Shown here in pieces: positions 17,317 through 28,914 of a stretch of DNA of 64,000 nucleotides. Each line of letters opens with the position of its first letter. Position 1 is the first letter of the stretch. The position numbers were made by a program, and so were the translations under genes. Source of the DNA: Salinispira sp. (lineage in GTDB: Bacteria; Spirochaetota; Spirochaetia; DSM-27196; Salinispiraceae); assembly GCA_965602015.1 (NCBI GenBank), contig OZ271918.1, forward strand, positions 2,752,001 through 2,816,000, written 5' to 3'. The notes below the pieces were generated by a model that searched no databases, had not been told where the DNA came from, and worked only from the letters and a program-made list of their open reading frames with translations.

Positions 17317-18599
17317 TATTCCTCCCACTTTTTGATCAGGCTGCAGCAATTAAGGCCGCCGAATCCGAATGAATTTTTAAGCATGTACTTCACCTCCCAC
17401 TCCACGGGACCGTCGGCGCACACATCGGCCTCGATCTGGGGATCCAGGTTATCGACGTTGATGGTCGGGTGCAGTTTACCGTGATTCATCTGCATAATGC
17501 CCCCGATGGTTTCTACCAGGGGACTGGCCCAGCAGGTATGGCCAAGCATGGATTTGGGGGCGTTGATTTTCATGTTCTTGATATGCTCGCCAAACACGTT
17601 TTTGAGCGCGGTGAACTCCTGCACGTCTCCGGCGGGGGTGCCGGTCGCGTGGCAGTTCGCGTAGGAGACTTGCTCGGGCTTAACGCCGGCATCCTCCAGG
17701 ACCTTCCGCATGACCCAGGCCTGATGTTCGGATCCAGGCATGGGCAGATGGTTCGCGTTGGCATTTGCCCGGACCGCTAAGATTTCCGCGTATATCTTCG
17801 CGCCGCGGGCTTGGGCTGACTCCAGGGTCTCCACCACCAGAGCGGCGGATCCGTGACTGTACACGAATCCGTTTCGTCCGGTATCGAAGGGCCGACAGGC
17901 CTTTTCGGGATTATCATTAAGCTCTTTATCCATCACCACCGAATTGATGATGACTGAAGCCTGAATATCAGGCTCGGCGACATCGAAAAGGGCTCCGCTG
18001 ACCAGGGCCCGCTCGACCTCTCCGGACTTAATATCCCTGAAGGCATCCCTCAGAGCCAGGTTACCGCTGGCGCAGGCGCCGCCAACGGTGTAGCAGGGGC
18101 CGTGGACCTGCAGAACTTCGGAGATCAGGGCGGGCACATTGTTGTCGATGGCTTCTACGGAGCTGAGGGGATCGAGATACTCGGGCTCCTCCTGATACTG
18201 CTTGCTCATTTTATATATGTACTTTGAGTTGAGGTTATGACCGCCGACTACAACCATGGTCATGTAGGGATCGATATCCCGTGCTTCCAGACCGGCATCG
18301 AGCCAGGCATTTTGCGCCGTCAGGACGGCAGTTCGGGACGAGAATGTGGCACTGCGGAAGAGTTTGCGGACCCTCTTGAACTTTGCCTCCCCGATATTGT
18401 CCTTGATGCGCTCCAGGGCCGCGGCGGTGTCGTAATCTCCCAGATCCCCTCCAACCCGGTTTTCACAGGCATCGAGGTCAAGGCTCTCCCATTTTTTTAC
18501 TCCGGATTTTCCGGCCAGCAGGTTATCGTAATACTGGTCAACGTCATCTCCCAAGGGATTGATTGTTGCCATACCGGTTATAACTATTCGAGTGCTCAT
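17316..18599 (-). CDS. Stand-alone ketosynthase, PksF-like but with the active-site Cys
   Basis: 'VVVGGHNL', 'YTVGGACASG', 'HATGT', 'KSMLGH', 'NSFGFGG'. Confidence 0.88.
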   Translation of the reverse strand: MSTRIVITGMATINPLGDDVDQYYDNLLAGKSGVKKWESLDLDACENRVGGDLGDYDTAAALERIKDNIGEAKFKRVRKLFRSATFSSRTAVLTAQNAWLDAGLEARDIDPYMTMVVVGGHNLNSKYIYKMSKQYQEEPEYLDPLSSVEAIDNNVPALISEVLQVHGPCYTVGGACASGNLALRDAFRDIKSGEVERALVSGALFDVAEPDIQASVIINSVVMDKELNDNPEKACRPFDTGRNGFVYSHGSAALVVETLESAQARGAKIYAEILAVRANANANHLPMPGSEHQAWVMRKVLEDAGVKPEQVSYANCHATGTPAGDVQEFTALKNVFGEHIKNMKINAPKSMLGHTCWASPLVETIGGIMQMNHGKLHPTINVDNLDPQIEADVCADGPVEWEVKYMLKNSFGFGGLNCCSLIKKWEE

Positions 18600-18662
18600 A
18601 CTTTGTTAACTCCATTGCCCGTCGCCATAAAAACGCGAGCGGGATTTATAAATTGACTGCTA

Positions 18663-19610
18663 CTAGCTGATTTTGTCGATTGCCTCGATGGTGCCTGCGG
18701 GTTTTGCCCGTAATTCTTTGTAGAAAGATTTCCACAGGCCGCCTAAAACCTTGCCCGGTCCGACCTCGAGAACCAGATCGTCTTCTGCGCCGGTTATGAT
18801 TGAGTTGTCGATGAGGTACTGCATGGATGAAACCCATTGCACCGTTGAAACGATCTGTTCACCGGCCCGCAGCCGGGCTTTGTCTCCGCTCTCAAGCGGC
18901 CTTCCCGTAACATTCGAAATAATGGGCAGCTTAGGATCGGAAAAGCGTAGGTTCGCGGTGCGCTGCTGGAATTCCTTTCGGGCGCTCTCCAGAAGAGGCG
19001 AATGAAAGGGGCCGCTGACTTTGAGCCGAACGACTTTCATTGCGCCGGCCTCATCAAGGGCGGCTTCGGCGGCATCAAGGCCTTCGGCGGTGCCGGCAAT
19101 CACCATCTGAACCGGAGAACTGTGATTGGCTATGAATACACCCTTTCCCGCGAGGGGTTCTACCACAGCCCGGGCATCTTCAAAGGGGAGGCCCAGGACC
19201 GCTGACATTGCGCTGGGTCCCACGGGGCTGTCGGCAGCCCGGGAGCCTTTTTCCATCACTTCGCCGCGGATTGCCACCGCTTCAAAGAGGTCTTGAGTCG
19301 AAAGCACACCGGCTTCGTGCAAGGCGGCGTACTCGCCGACGGAAAAACCCATGACCGCGTCGGGTGTGAATCCCTTGGAACGCAGCAGGGCTGCCGCGCT
19401 AATGTTCATCAGGGTGACAGCCGCCTGGGTATTGTCGGTTTGCTTGAGGTCATCCTCGCTTCCATCAAACATCAACGCCGCCATGTCTTTTCCCAGCACC
19501 CGGGAAGCCGAGGCAAACAGCCCCCGGACCTCATCGCTGGCCTCGTACAAATCTTTCGCCATACCCGGATACTGGGCTCCCTGACCGGGAAATAAAAAAA
19601 CCGTGCTCAT
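18663..19610 (-). CDS. fabD: Malonyl-CoA:ACP transacylase
   Basis: 'FPGQGAQ', 'GFSVGEY', conserved Arg, 'VSGPFHS', 'EVGPG'. Confidence 0.92.
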   Translation of the reverse strand: MSTVFLFPGQGAQYPGMAKDLYEASDEVRGLFASASRVLGKDMAALMFDGSEDDLKQTDNTQAAVTLMNISAAALLRSKGFTPDAVMGFSVGEYAALHEAGVLSTQDLFEAVAIRGEVMEKGSRAADSPVGPSAMSAVLGLPFEDARAVVEPLAGKGVFIANHSSPVQMVIAGTAEGLDAAEAALDEAGAMKVVRLKVSGPFHSPLLESARKEFQQRTANLRFSDPKLPIISNVTGRPLESGDKARLRAGEQIVSTVQWVSSMQYLIDNSIITGAEDDLVLEVGPGKVLGGLWKSFYKELRAKPAGTIEAIDKIS

Positions 19611-19622
19611 ATAAACCGTCCC

Positions 19623-20750
19623 TTACAATGACTTGCCGTATACCCGGTGAGTCCGATAATGCTCGGCTCCCCAGTTTTCAAGCATATTCCTCAGATCGAG
19701 ATTGGATTCCAGAATCCAGCTGAACTCCGCCCCCGCTATGCCCATGCCGACGCTTCGCTTGTACAGTTCGTAGACGAACAGGGCGTCGATTCCCTTCTTT
19801 TGGTAGGCCTTGCGCACGCCGAATGCGGCGATGCGGATGTTCTCGCATTTTTTCTTGCCCGCCAGAAGCTTAAAGACCCCGAAAGGAAGAATTTTACCGT
19901 TTAAACCGTGGAAGACCGGGTTTAGATCGGGGATGGGGAAGGCAAAACCCACCGGCTCGCCGTCGACATAGGCGAACAAGGTAATATCGGGCATTATCGC
20001 CATCTTCAACCCGTCGGCCAGTTGATCGAATTCCTGTTTATTCCAGGGGACATATCCCCAGTTGTCAGTCCATGCGTCATCCCACATATCCCGGACGTAG
20101 TCAAGATCGCGCTTCCAATTCTTCATATCGACATTGCGGATCTCCACCCTGCTCCGTTTCCGGGCCAGTTCGGCAACCCGGACGATTTTGTCGCTGAGTT
20201 TCATGGTGGTTTTCATGCGGTAGGAATACAGATCCTGGTCCTTGGTGTAACCGGCGGACTCATAGTGTTTTCCGTAGTACGGCGGGTTGTAGGGCATCTC
20301 GATAACCGGCAGGGTTTCGAAACTGTCTATCTGGTTACCAAGCTGATAATTGGTCGAACCGTGAACCGGTCCCATGGCCTTTTCCATTCCCCGCTCGCGC
20401 AGCCAATCCTCTGCGGCGGCGAACAGCGCGGAAGATACCTCTTCATCGTCGTAGGCCTCGAAGAAGCCCACAAATCCGGTTTTGGTATTCTGATACGTGC
20501 AAAAAGCGCGGTCCACGATGGCGACGATGCGGCCCACAACCTCACCGTCCCTCCAGGCGAGGAACTCCTGCAGCTCCGCATGATCGAATAGTCCGTTATG
20601 CTTGCGGTCGAAAAGGTGCTTCACATCCATATCTAAGGGCGGGACCCAGGCGTCATATTTCGTCGCCTGGCCGCGGTACACCCGATAAGGAAATTTCATA
20701 AAGCGTGAAAAATCCTTTTTGCCGTCTAACGGCCTCACTTCAACTGCCAT
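19623..20750 (-). CDS. Double-GNAT acyltransferase resembling bacterial ceramide synthase (CerS)
   Basis: 375 aa; 'F.KFPYRVY...WVPPL..D', 'FLA.RDGEVVGRIVAI.D', 'GFVGFFE', 'MPYNPPYY', 'W.DNWGYVP', 'PDLN', 'EFSWILESN', 'YRTHRVY'. This pattern matches the CerS family as I recall it; not verified by search. Confidence 0.72.
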   Translation of the reverse strand: MAVEVRPLDGKKDFSRFMKFPYRVYRGQATKYDAWVPPLDMDVKHLFDRKHNGLFDHAELQEFLAWRDGEVVGRIVAIVDRAFCTYQNTKTGFVGFFEAYDDEEVSSALFAAAEDWLRERGMEKAMGPVHGSTNYQLGNQIDSFETLPVIEMPYNPPYYGKHYESAGYTKDQDLYSYRMKTTMKLSDKIVRVAELARKRSRVEIRNVDMKNWKRDLDYVRDMWDDAWTDNWGYVPWNKQEFDQLADGLKMAIMPDITLFAYVDGEPVGFAFPIPDLNPVFHGLNGKILPFGVFKLLAGKKKCENIRIAAFGVRKAYQKKGIDALFVYELYKRSVGMGIAGAEFSWILESNLDLRNMLENWGAEHYRTHRVYGKSL

Positions 20751-20788
20751 GAATAGCTCCTCAAGGTTTCCGGTGTAATATGGTCAGC

Positions 20789-20818
20789 AGTATACGGGGA
20801 ATTCTCAAAAATTGGCAA
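20789..20818 (-). promoter_or_regulatory. Putative sigma70 promoter of the lipid operon
   Basis: TTGCCA-18 bp-TATACT on the minus strand, ~40 bp upstream of the first gene. Confidence 0.5.
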
Positions 20819-20915
20819 GGTATGCCGAATCGGGTTCAGAGTCGCACAGCGCAGGGCATACATGCGGCATTCCGCCTTCTCTGTTATATTCCGGTGCACC
20901 TTCTCTATTATATAT

Positions 20916-20943
20916 AAAAAAAAGACCGGCCGGCGGCCGGTCT
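20916..20943 (-). terminator. Rho-independent terminator after the 21015-21683 gene
   Basis: AGACCGGCC/GGCCGGTCT stem followed by a T8 run on the minus strand. Confidence 0.8.
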
Positions 20944-21014
20944 CTTAATACTGCATACAATGCCTGTACCCCGGCGACAGATTCGTACGCGGGGGCACGT
21001 ACCGATTATACGGG

Positions 21015-21683
21015 CTATTCCGGCGTTCCCCCGGGAAGAACGGTCTGGGTCGCATCATCGACCCGGGCGGCAAAATGGGTGTCGAAGAGGGCGCTGTTCC
21101 GGCTGTCCGAAATCTCAATAAAACCGTCGGTTCCCACATCGGCGTTTTGCAGGTCCGCATCGGTCATGCTGCTGAACCAGTCGTCAGGATTGAGCACTAC
21201 CTGGATTTCGTAATTCTGGCCGGCTTCCACAGTCAGCTCTCCGGCCACCGCTTCAAAAACTTCCCCGGAAATAAACACCACCCGGATGTTGTTGCCGTTC
21301 CAGGTGCCTTCGAGCAGAATGCTGGGAGTCGAACCGTCATCGAGTAATTCGGCTCCGAAATTAACACTTCGGTATACCCCGGGAGTCAACACAAAAGACG
21401 GAAGCGCCGGTTCCGACACACCGGTTAACAGGTTCACTACGCTCAGCGAAGGCTCGGTAACCGAAACCGAACCGTCAGGTCCATCGTAATCGAATACTAT
21501 TTCGGTAATTCGGGCTTCGGCAGTGGTCCACACCGGCAGTTCAGTCAAAGCCCGTGAGGTTACGCTGGGGTGCAGTACGAATTTCGTACTGACAACGGGT
21601 TCCGAGTTAAACAGGCTGCAGCCTGCGGTAATGACGAGCAATAGCAGCATCGCCAACGGCGTAATAATTCGTTTCATAATCAT
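21015..21683 (-). CDS. Hypothetical lipoprotein
   Basis: Signal peptide with lipobox 'TAGC'; acidic, beta-rich mature part. Confidence 0.7.
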   Translation of the reverse strand: MIMKRIITPLAMLLLLVITAGCSLFNSEPVVSTKFVLHPSVTSRALTELPVWTTAEARITEIVFDYDGPDGSVSVTEPSLSVVNLLTGVSEPALPSFVLTPGVYRSVNFGAELLDDGSTPSILLEGTWNGNNIRVVFISGEVFEAVAGELTVEAGQNYEIQVVLNPDDWFSSMTDADLQNADVGTDGFIEISDSRNSALFDTHFAARVDDATQTVLPGGTPE

Positions 21684-21804
21684 CCTCCTCTCGAATGATA
21701 TGAGCGGAAAATTAACACCATCATATTCAAAAAACCATATGCAGCAATTTTTTTTTGGATTTTTGAAAAGAAAATGTCAGCGCTTTTTTACCTAATGGAA
21801 ATTT

Positions 21805-23943
21805 CTACGAACCGGCGGGTACAAAATCCGCCTTCTGTTCGTCCACCGACACGGCGGAAACTATCACATCGATGGGATCTCCGAGGCGATAGATCTTTCC
21901 GCTCTCCCGGCCCCGAAGCTGATACAGCTGTTCGTCGAACTCGTAACGGTCATCCTTCATGCTGCTCAAATGGATGAGACCGTCTATCAGGTATTCGCTG
22001 AGCCTGACGAAGAGTCCGAAGCTCGTCACTCCGGAAACGACGCCGGATGCTTTGACACCGATACGCTTCACCAGAAATTCCATGCTCTTGATGCGGACAT
22101 ACTCCCGTTCCGCATCGGCGGCGCGGATCTCCATGCGGGTGGCGTGTTCGCAAATAGCCTGGAGTTCTGACAACGCGTTCGCATTCCCGCGGAATTTACG
22201 GGGGCTGGCTGCGCCGGGTGACAGGCTGCCTTCCATGCTCATACCTGATGCGGCGTAGCTCTTCAGAAGCCGATGGACAACGAGGTCGGCATAGCGGCGT
22301 ATCGGCGAGGTAAAATGGGTGTAGGCATCAAAAGCCAAACCAAAATGACCGCGGTTTTCCGTGTCGTACACCGCCTTGCTCATGGACCTCAGGGCAACGC
22401 TCTGCACCAGATCCCGATATTCGAAGTTTTCTATAATACCCAGCAGTTTCCGGTAGTCATCGCTTTCAAGTTCTCCGGCGGGAATTCGGTAATCGATGCC
22501 GTAGCTTTTTAACAGATCCAGCAGCGCCTGGCTGTCGGATATTTCCGGCTGGGCATGCACCCGGTAAATCAGCGGCGGAGAGCCGCAGGATTGGACATGC
22601 GAGGCCACCACCCTGTTGGCGAGAAGCATGCACTCCTCAACCAGTCGATGAGCGTCGAGGCGCTGCGACGGCCGTATTTGACGGGGCAGGCCCCGCTTAT
22701 CGAGGGTAATAACCGGTACCGAAGCGTCGAAATCGATGCTGCCAGCCTCTTCCCTTCGACGCCGCAGCAAAAGCGTTACCGCATGAAGAAGATTGAGTTC
22801 CCGGGCGTTGGGGTCAGCGGCCCCGTTGAGGACATTTTCCACTTCCTCGTAACTGTATCGCCGCTTGCTGCGGATTATGGATTCGCGTATTCGGTAGCCG
22901 ATCACCTCGGCCCGTGAATCCAGGGTCATAATCACGCTGTACGCCGGGCGGTCGACCTTTGGTTTCAGGCTGCACAGGTCGTTCGCCAGTTTTTCCGGCA
23001 GCATGGGTATGACGCTTCCGATGAAGTAAATGCTGGTTCCCCGCTCCCGGGCCTCCCGATCCAGAGCGCTGCCCGACGCGACGAAATGACTGACATCGGC
23101 AATATGTACCGCCAGTTCGAAATAGCCGTTTCCCAACTGCTTTATTGAGATGGCGTCGTCAAAGTCTTTCGCGCTGACCGGATCGATGGTGAGAACATTG
23201 TCGCGGCGAAGGTCCAAACGGGTCTTCTTAAGTTTGCGAAAGTCGGGGTTGCCGAGCGACTGACTCTCCTTGGCAACATTCTCGGGAAAGCTGCCCGGAA
23301 GCCCGCGAACCCGGGAAATAATTTTTAAGTCCATGCCCGGATCGTCGGCCTTGCCCAGAACCTCGGTTACCACTCCCCTTCGGTCCATCACCACGACCTG
23401 GCCGACCCTGGCAGTTCCCGGGACTTTGACCGGAATGTCTGTCGCAGGCCCCTGCTCCGGGACCAGTACCAGCGCACCGGATTTTGCCTTTTTCAGGACG
23501 CCTACGGTGAAGGAATCCGAAACCTCGAGGATGCGGTCAATTCGCCCTATGGGATTGCGGCCCTGCGGTCTGCTAATAACCCTCGCCCGCACCGTGTCAC
23601 CGTCGCGGGCCTCGCCGATTGCTTCAAGTGGAATAAACAGGTCTGTGCCTCCGGGCACAAGGACGAAACCAAAGCCCCGGTTATGGACAGAAAGCTTTCC
23701 GCTGAGGATTTCCGGACCCGCAGCAGCGTTTTTTGCTGGCGCCTGCCCGGAGGAACTTCTGTTTCCCCGGACTCTTCGGGGGGGGCGGCGGTCCTTCTCC
23801 CGAGCCTTGTCCTTTCTGGGGGTGACTTCCCCGCCGCTCCGGTTCTTGTGTTTTGCCGAGGGACGGCGGCGCCGGGATGATTTCTTTTTTATGTTTTCGC
23901 CCTCAGGAGGGCCATTTTTTTTCTGTGATCTGCTTTCACTCAT
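21805..23943 (-). CDS. rnr: Ribonuclease R
   Basis: 'TIDP..AKDFDDA', 'VHIADVSHFV', 'YTHFTSPIRRYADL', C-terminal S1 domain. Confidence 0.93.
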   Translation of the reverse strand: MSESRSQKKNGPPEGENIKKKSSRRRRPSAKHKNRSGGEVTPRKDKAREKDRRPPRRVRGNRSSSGQAPAKNAAAGPEILSGKLSVHNRGFGFVLVPGGTDLFIPLEAIGEARDGDTVRARVISRPQGRNPIGRIDRILEVSDSFTVGVLKKAKSGALVLVPEQGPATDIPVKVPGTARVGQVVVMDRRGVVTEVLGKADDPGMDLKIISRVRGLPGSFPENVAKESQSLGNPDFRKLKKTRLDLRRDNVLTIDPVSAKDFDDAISIKQLGNGYFELAVHIADVSHFVASGSALDREARERGTSIYFIGSVIPMLPEKLANDLCSLKPKVDRPAYSVIMTLDSRAEVIGYRIRESIIRSKRRYSYEEVENVLNGAADPNARELNLLHAVTLLLRRRREEAGSIDFDASVPVITLDKRGLPRQIRPSQRLDAHRLVEECMLLANRVVASHVQSCGSPPLIYRVHAQPEISDSQALLDLLKSYGIDYRIPAGELESDDYRKLLGIIENFEYRDLVQSVALRSMSKAVYDTENRGHFGLAFDAYTHFTSPIRRYADLVVHRLLKSYAASGMSMEGSLSPGAASPRKFRGNANALSELQAICEHATRMEIRAADAEREYVRIKSMEFLVKRIGVKASGVVSGVTSFGLFVRLSEYLIDGLIHLSSMKDDRYEFDEQLYQLRGRESGKIYRLGDPIDVIVSAVSVDEQKADFVPAGS

Positions 23944-24312
23944 TATTCTTCTTCTTTCATGCTTATATTTTTCTTACTCGCCGGGCCGGTAAACCAGAAT
24001 TGTCCTCCGCGCCGTCCACGCGCGCCGCCCAGGCCATGCGCACCGGCCAGGTCATGCGCACCGGCAAGCGAAGGACAAAGCCAGATATTCCGGCGGGAAT
24101 TAGATTGTTGCAGCGGATGTCGGCAGCGAATCTGCCGGGGTCGATGCGGCTCATTGATGCGGTCTTGAACTATTCTCCGCATTTCCGGTGAATCATTCCC
24201 GGATGTATTACTCAGAGTACAGTAGTTATAGAGGACAAGCAAGCATGGCGCCTGGAAGCTTGTTGGAAACTCTCGAAAGCCGGGTGTCACCGTCGAGATT
24301 CACCGCCAAGAG

Positions 24313-25227
24313 TTACTCTGCCGACCCTTTACGAGCCAGGCTAGCCCCCATTTTTAATGAAAGCAGCTTGGTCCGGTCGTCGTCGGCCCGGCTGGTCATA
24401 ACTACGGGAATCCGGGGCCCGATAAGATTTCCCGCAATGGTTGCCCCTGCCATATACGTGAAGGATTTATAGGCTACGTTCCCGCTGTTCAGGTCGGGAA
24501 AAAGCAGGATGTCCGCGTCTCCCGCCACTTCGCTTTCTATGCCCTTGGTAGCCGCAGCCTCGGCGGACAGGGCCACATCGAGACCGAAGGGTCCCTCGAT
24601 GACCGCCGAACCCAGCTCATCGACGAGGATGCCGTCGCGGTACTCATTGACCATCCGATCGGCGTCGATGGTGGCCGGAATTTTCTTGTTTACCGTCTCC
24701 ACCGGCGCAACCAGTCCGACCTTGGGCTTTTCAATACCCAGGGACCGGACGGTTTCCAGGGCGTTCTTGAGGATTATAATCTTCGTTTCGTAATCCGGCT
24801 GGATGTTGATTGCGCAATCGCTGAGAAAGACGATTTTGTGATAGGCCGGCATCTCGCAGGCGCCAATGTGGCTGGCGAGCCTGCCGGGTTCAACCAATCC
24901 GTATTCTTTATAAAATATCGCCCGGCTGAAGTTTGCTGTGTGCACCGATCCCTTCATTGCCACATCCGCCCGTCCGTCCCGCAGGGCTTCGGCAGTGAAT
25001 GCGCAGGCCTGGTCTTCCCGCTGGGCGGGGAGAATTTCTATCCGATCCCGGGGCACCTGGTACTCATCCGCGGCCTGCAGTATGCCCTCCGGGTCGCCGA
25101 TTAAGAGGAATCGGGCCCAGCTGTGTTCGCAGGCCTGGGCAACCGTAGTCATTATTGCCCGTTCCTGGGGAAACGGAATGGCAACCACCGATTCACCGGC
25201 GGGTTTAAAAAAATCGTCTAAATTCAT
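24313..25227 (-). CDS. ptb: Phosphate butyryltransferase / phosphate acyltransferase
   Basis: 'MKGSVHT', 'SDCAINIQP', 'EGP..LDVA', 'PDLNSGN..YK', 'TSRAD'; directly downstream of buk. Confidence 0.87.
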   Translation of the reverse strand: MNLDDFFKPAGESVVAIPFPQERAIMTTVAQACEHSWARFLLIGDPEGILQAADEYQVPRDRIEILPAQREDQACAFTAEALRDGRADVAMKGSVHTANFSRAIFYKEYGLVEPGRLASHIGACEMPAYHKIVFLSDCAINIQPDYETKIIILKNALETVRSLGIEKPKVGLVAPVETVNKKIPATIDADRMVNEYRDGILVDELGSAVIEGPFGLDVALSAEAAATKGIESEVAGDADILLFPDLNSGNVAYKSFTYMAGATIAGNLIGPRIPVVMTSRADDDRTKLLSLKMGASLARKGSAE

Positions 25228-25243
25228 CGCGCTGTTTCTCCGC

Positions 25244-26418
25244 TCATTTGGTCGCCGACTCAGGCCGGTACGTCGATACCGGCCGGCTGCCGTTCAGGGC
25301 TGAGAAGGCATTCTCCGCAAGGGCTTCCATTTCGCCTTCGCCGGGGCGCAAAAACAGCGGCGCGAGCCAGCTTAGCCGGGCCTTGAGTTCTTCCACCACC
25401 CGCTTACTGTGAGCCATGCCGCCGGTGAGGATAATTCCGTCGATCTCGCCCCTGAGGCTCGCGCCGTGCCCTGCGATTTCCCGGCTGATTTGATGCATCA
25501 TTGCCCTCAGGGTGAGGTCGGCCCTGGCATCGCCTTCAGCGATCATCGCCTCGGCGTCGCGCAAATCATTGACCCCGAGGTAGGCAACCATTCCGCCCTT
25601 GCCGACCAGACGCTTTTTTAAGGTTTTATGAATTTGTCCGCCGACCGTCGGGGTCTGTCCCTCATCTGCAAAGGCAGTCATGACTTCGGCCATGAGCTGG
25701 CCGGTGGGCAGTCCGCCGCAGCGCTCGGGCGAGAATGGTCCGTCGCCGTCCAGGGCGTTGTTTACGTCGATGACCCGGCCCCTTCGATGAGCGCCTACCG
25801 ATACCCCGCCGCCCATGTGGGCGACGATGAAGTTGCAGTCCTCATAGGAACGGCCCAGTTCGCGAGCCACCGAACGGGCGCAGGCTTTTTGGTTCAGGGC
25901 GTGAAAAATGCTTCGCCGAGAGATTTCCGGCATCCCCGAAATACGGGCTTCGTCCATCAGTTCGTCAACCACCACCGGATCGGCAATATAGGCGGGGCAG
26001 CAATGCCGCTGGGCGATTTCCCGGGCGATAATGCCCCCGAGATTACTGGCATGCTCGCCGTAAAATCCCTGGGAGAGATGGTCGATCATCACTTCGTCGA
26101 CGGCATACACCCCGCCGTTCATGGGAGCCAGCAGGCCTCCGCGGCCAATTACCGCCGAGAGCCCGCTGTCTCCGTAGCCATGGTCCTGCAGGAAGTCCGT
26201 CACCGCCTTGGCGCGGAAACCCTTCTGCTCCGCTACTCCGTCGAAGTTGCAGATTACATCGGCGGCATGAGAGAGAGTGGCGGCGGCGACCTCCTTGAGT
26301 TCCGCGGAACCCGATGGCCCCGCGGAAGAACCGCCGCCGCCGTTTGATGAAAACAGCGCCAGTTTGGTGCTGGTTGAACCGGGATTGATGACGAGGACAA
26401 GGGCGTCGGCCGCCTTCG

Positions 26419-26422
<4 letters not shown>
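25244..26422 (-). CDS. buk: Butyrate kinase (branched-chain carboxylate kinase)
   Basis: 'INPGSTSTK', 'GRGGLL', 'HASNLG', 'HALNQK', 'HMGGGVSV'. Confidence 0.94.
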
Positions 26423-27828
<1,406 letters not shown>

Positions 27829-27840
27829 GTTCTATATCTC

Positions 27841-28914
27841 CTATACCGCAACCGCCGCGTCGGCTTCCGCCCGGGACACGACTTCTTCCACCGGGGGAAC
27901 CACTCCGCCCATCCACAGGTAGCGTTCAACGGGCACCATGGACGACACCGCCAGGTCCACGTCGTCGGCCATTTGCCCGTCGCTTAGTTCCATTACGGCG
28001 ATACGCCCGCCCTTTTTCGCCAGGGCATCGGCCAGCAGGGAAATCCGCTTTTTCGGGAAGGGAAAAAGGGTCTTGAGCCGCAGCAGACCGGCCCGTACCC
28101 CCTTGGCCCGCAGTTCGTCCACGGCTGTGTGGGCAATCCTGCTTGATATTCCGTATGCGATAAACACAAAATCAGCGTCATCCACCTGGTACTCTTCGAA
28201 ATCGATAATCTCTTCCAGGGACTTGTACTTTGCCATCAGGTGCTTATTGTGATCGGACAGCAGTTCACGGTTCATATGGATTGAGGTGATCAGGTTCTTG
28301 AAGCTGTCGTTGTCGGCGTACAGGGCCCAGTCATGACGCTTGCCGTGCAGCACCTTCTCGGGAAAGGCCACCGGCTCCATCATCTGTCCGATATAGGCAT
28401 CGGAAAGAATAAACGCAGTCATGCGGTAGGTGTCCGCCAGCTCGAAGGCCCGGTAGGTCATGTCGCACATTTCCTGGGCGGAATTCGGCGCCAGAACGAT
28501 GTTCCGGTAGTTGCCGTGACCGCCGCCTTTTACCACCATGTTGTAATCGCTTTGCTCAGGCCAGATATTGCCAAGACCCGGACCGGCGCGCTGCACATCG
28601 ACCATGACGCAGGGCAGTTCGGCCCCAGCCAGATAGCTCAGGCCTTCGGCCATCAGGGCGATTCCCGGTCCCGAGCTCGCGGTCATGACCCGGGCGCCGG
28701 CGCCGGCTGCGCCAAAGAGCATGCTGATTACCGAAACTTCGCTCTCCGCCTGGAGAAAATGCCGGCCGGCTTTCCGGTACAGATCGGCCGCCGCGTGGGC
28801 GATTTCGCTTGCCGGGGTTATGGGATAGCCGAAAAAATGGGTTCCGCCGCCCAAAAGAGCGCCGTAGACCACCGCTTCGTTTCCCTTCATCAGCTGTTTC
28901 TGGATATTAGGCAT
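27841..28914 (-). CDS. vorB: 2-oxoisovalerate-type ferredoxin oxidoreductase alpha subunit (VorB-like)
   Basis: 'MKGNEA', 'GYPITP', 'QAESE', 'RAGPGLGNI', 'KGGGHG'. Confidence 0.85.
   Translation of the reverse strand: MPNIQKQLMKGNEAVVYGALLGGGTHFFGYPITPASEIAHAAADLYRKAGRHFLQAESEVSVISMLFGAAGAGARVMTASSGPGIALMAEGLSYLAGAELPCVMVDVQRAGPGLGNIWPEQSDYNMVVKGGGHGNYRNIVLAPNSAQEMCDMTYRAFELADTYRMTAFILSDAYIGQMMEPVAFPEKVLHGKRHDWALYADNDSFKNLITSIHMNRELLSDHNKHLMAKYKSLEEIIDFEEYQVDDADFVFIAYGISSRIAHTAVDELRAKGVRAGLLRLKTLFPFPKKRISLLADALAKKGGRIAVMELSDGQMADDVDLAVSSMVPVERYLWMGGVVPPVEEVVSRAEADAAVAV

Noticed and set aside
23943..24312. Small ORFs and an 18-bp near-duplication (GCCAGGYCATGCGCACCG) between rnr and ptb
   Set aside because: No coding signal or recognisable RNA; only two copies, so likely slippage.
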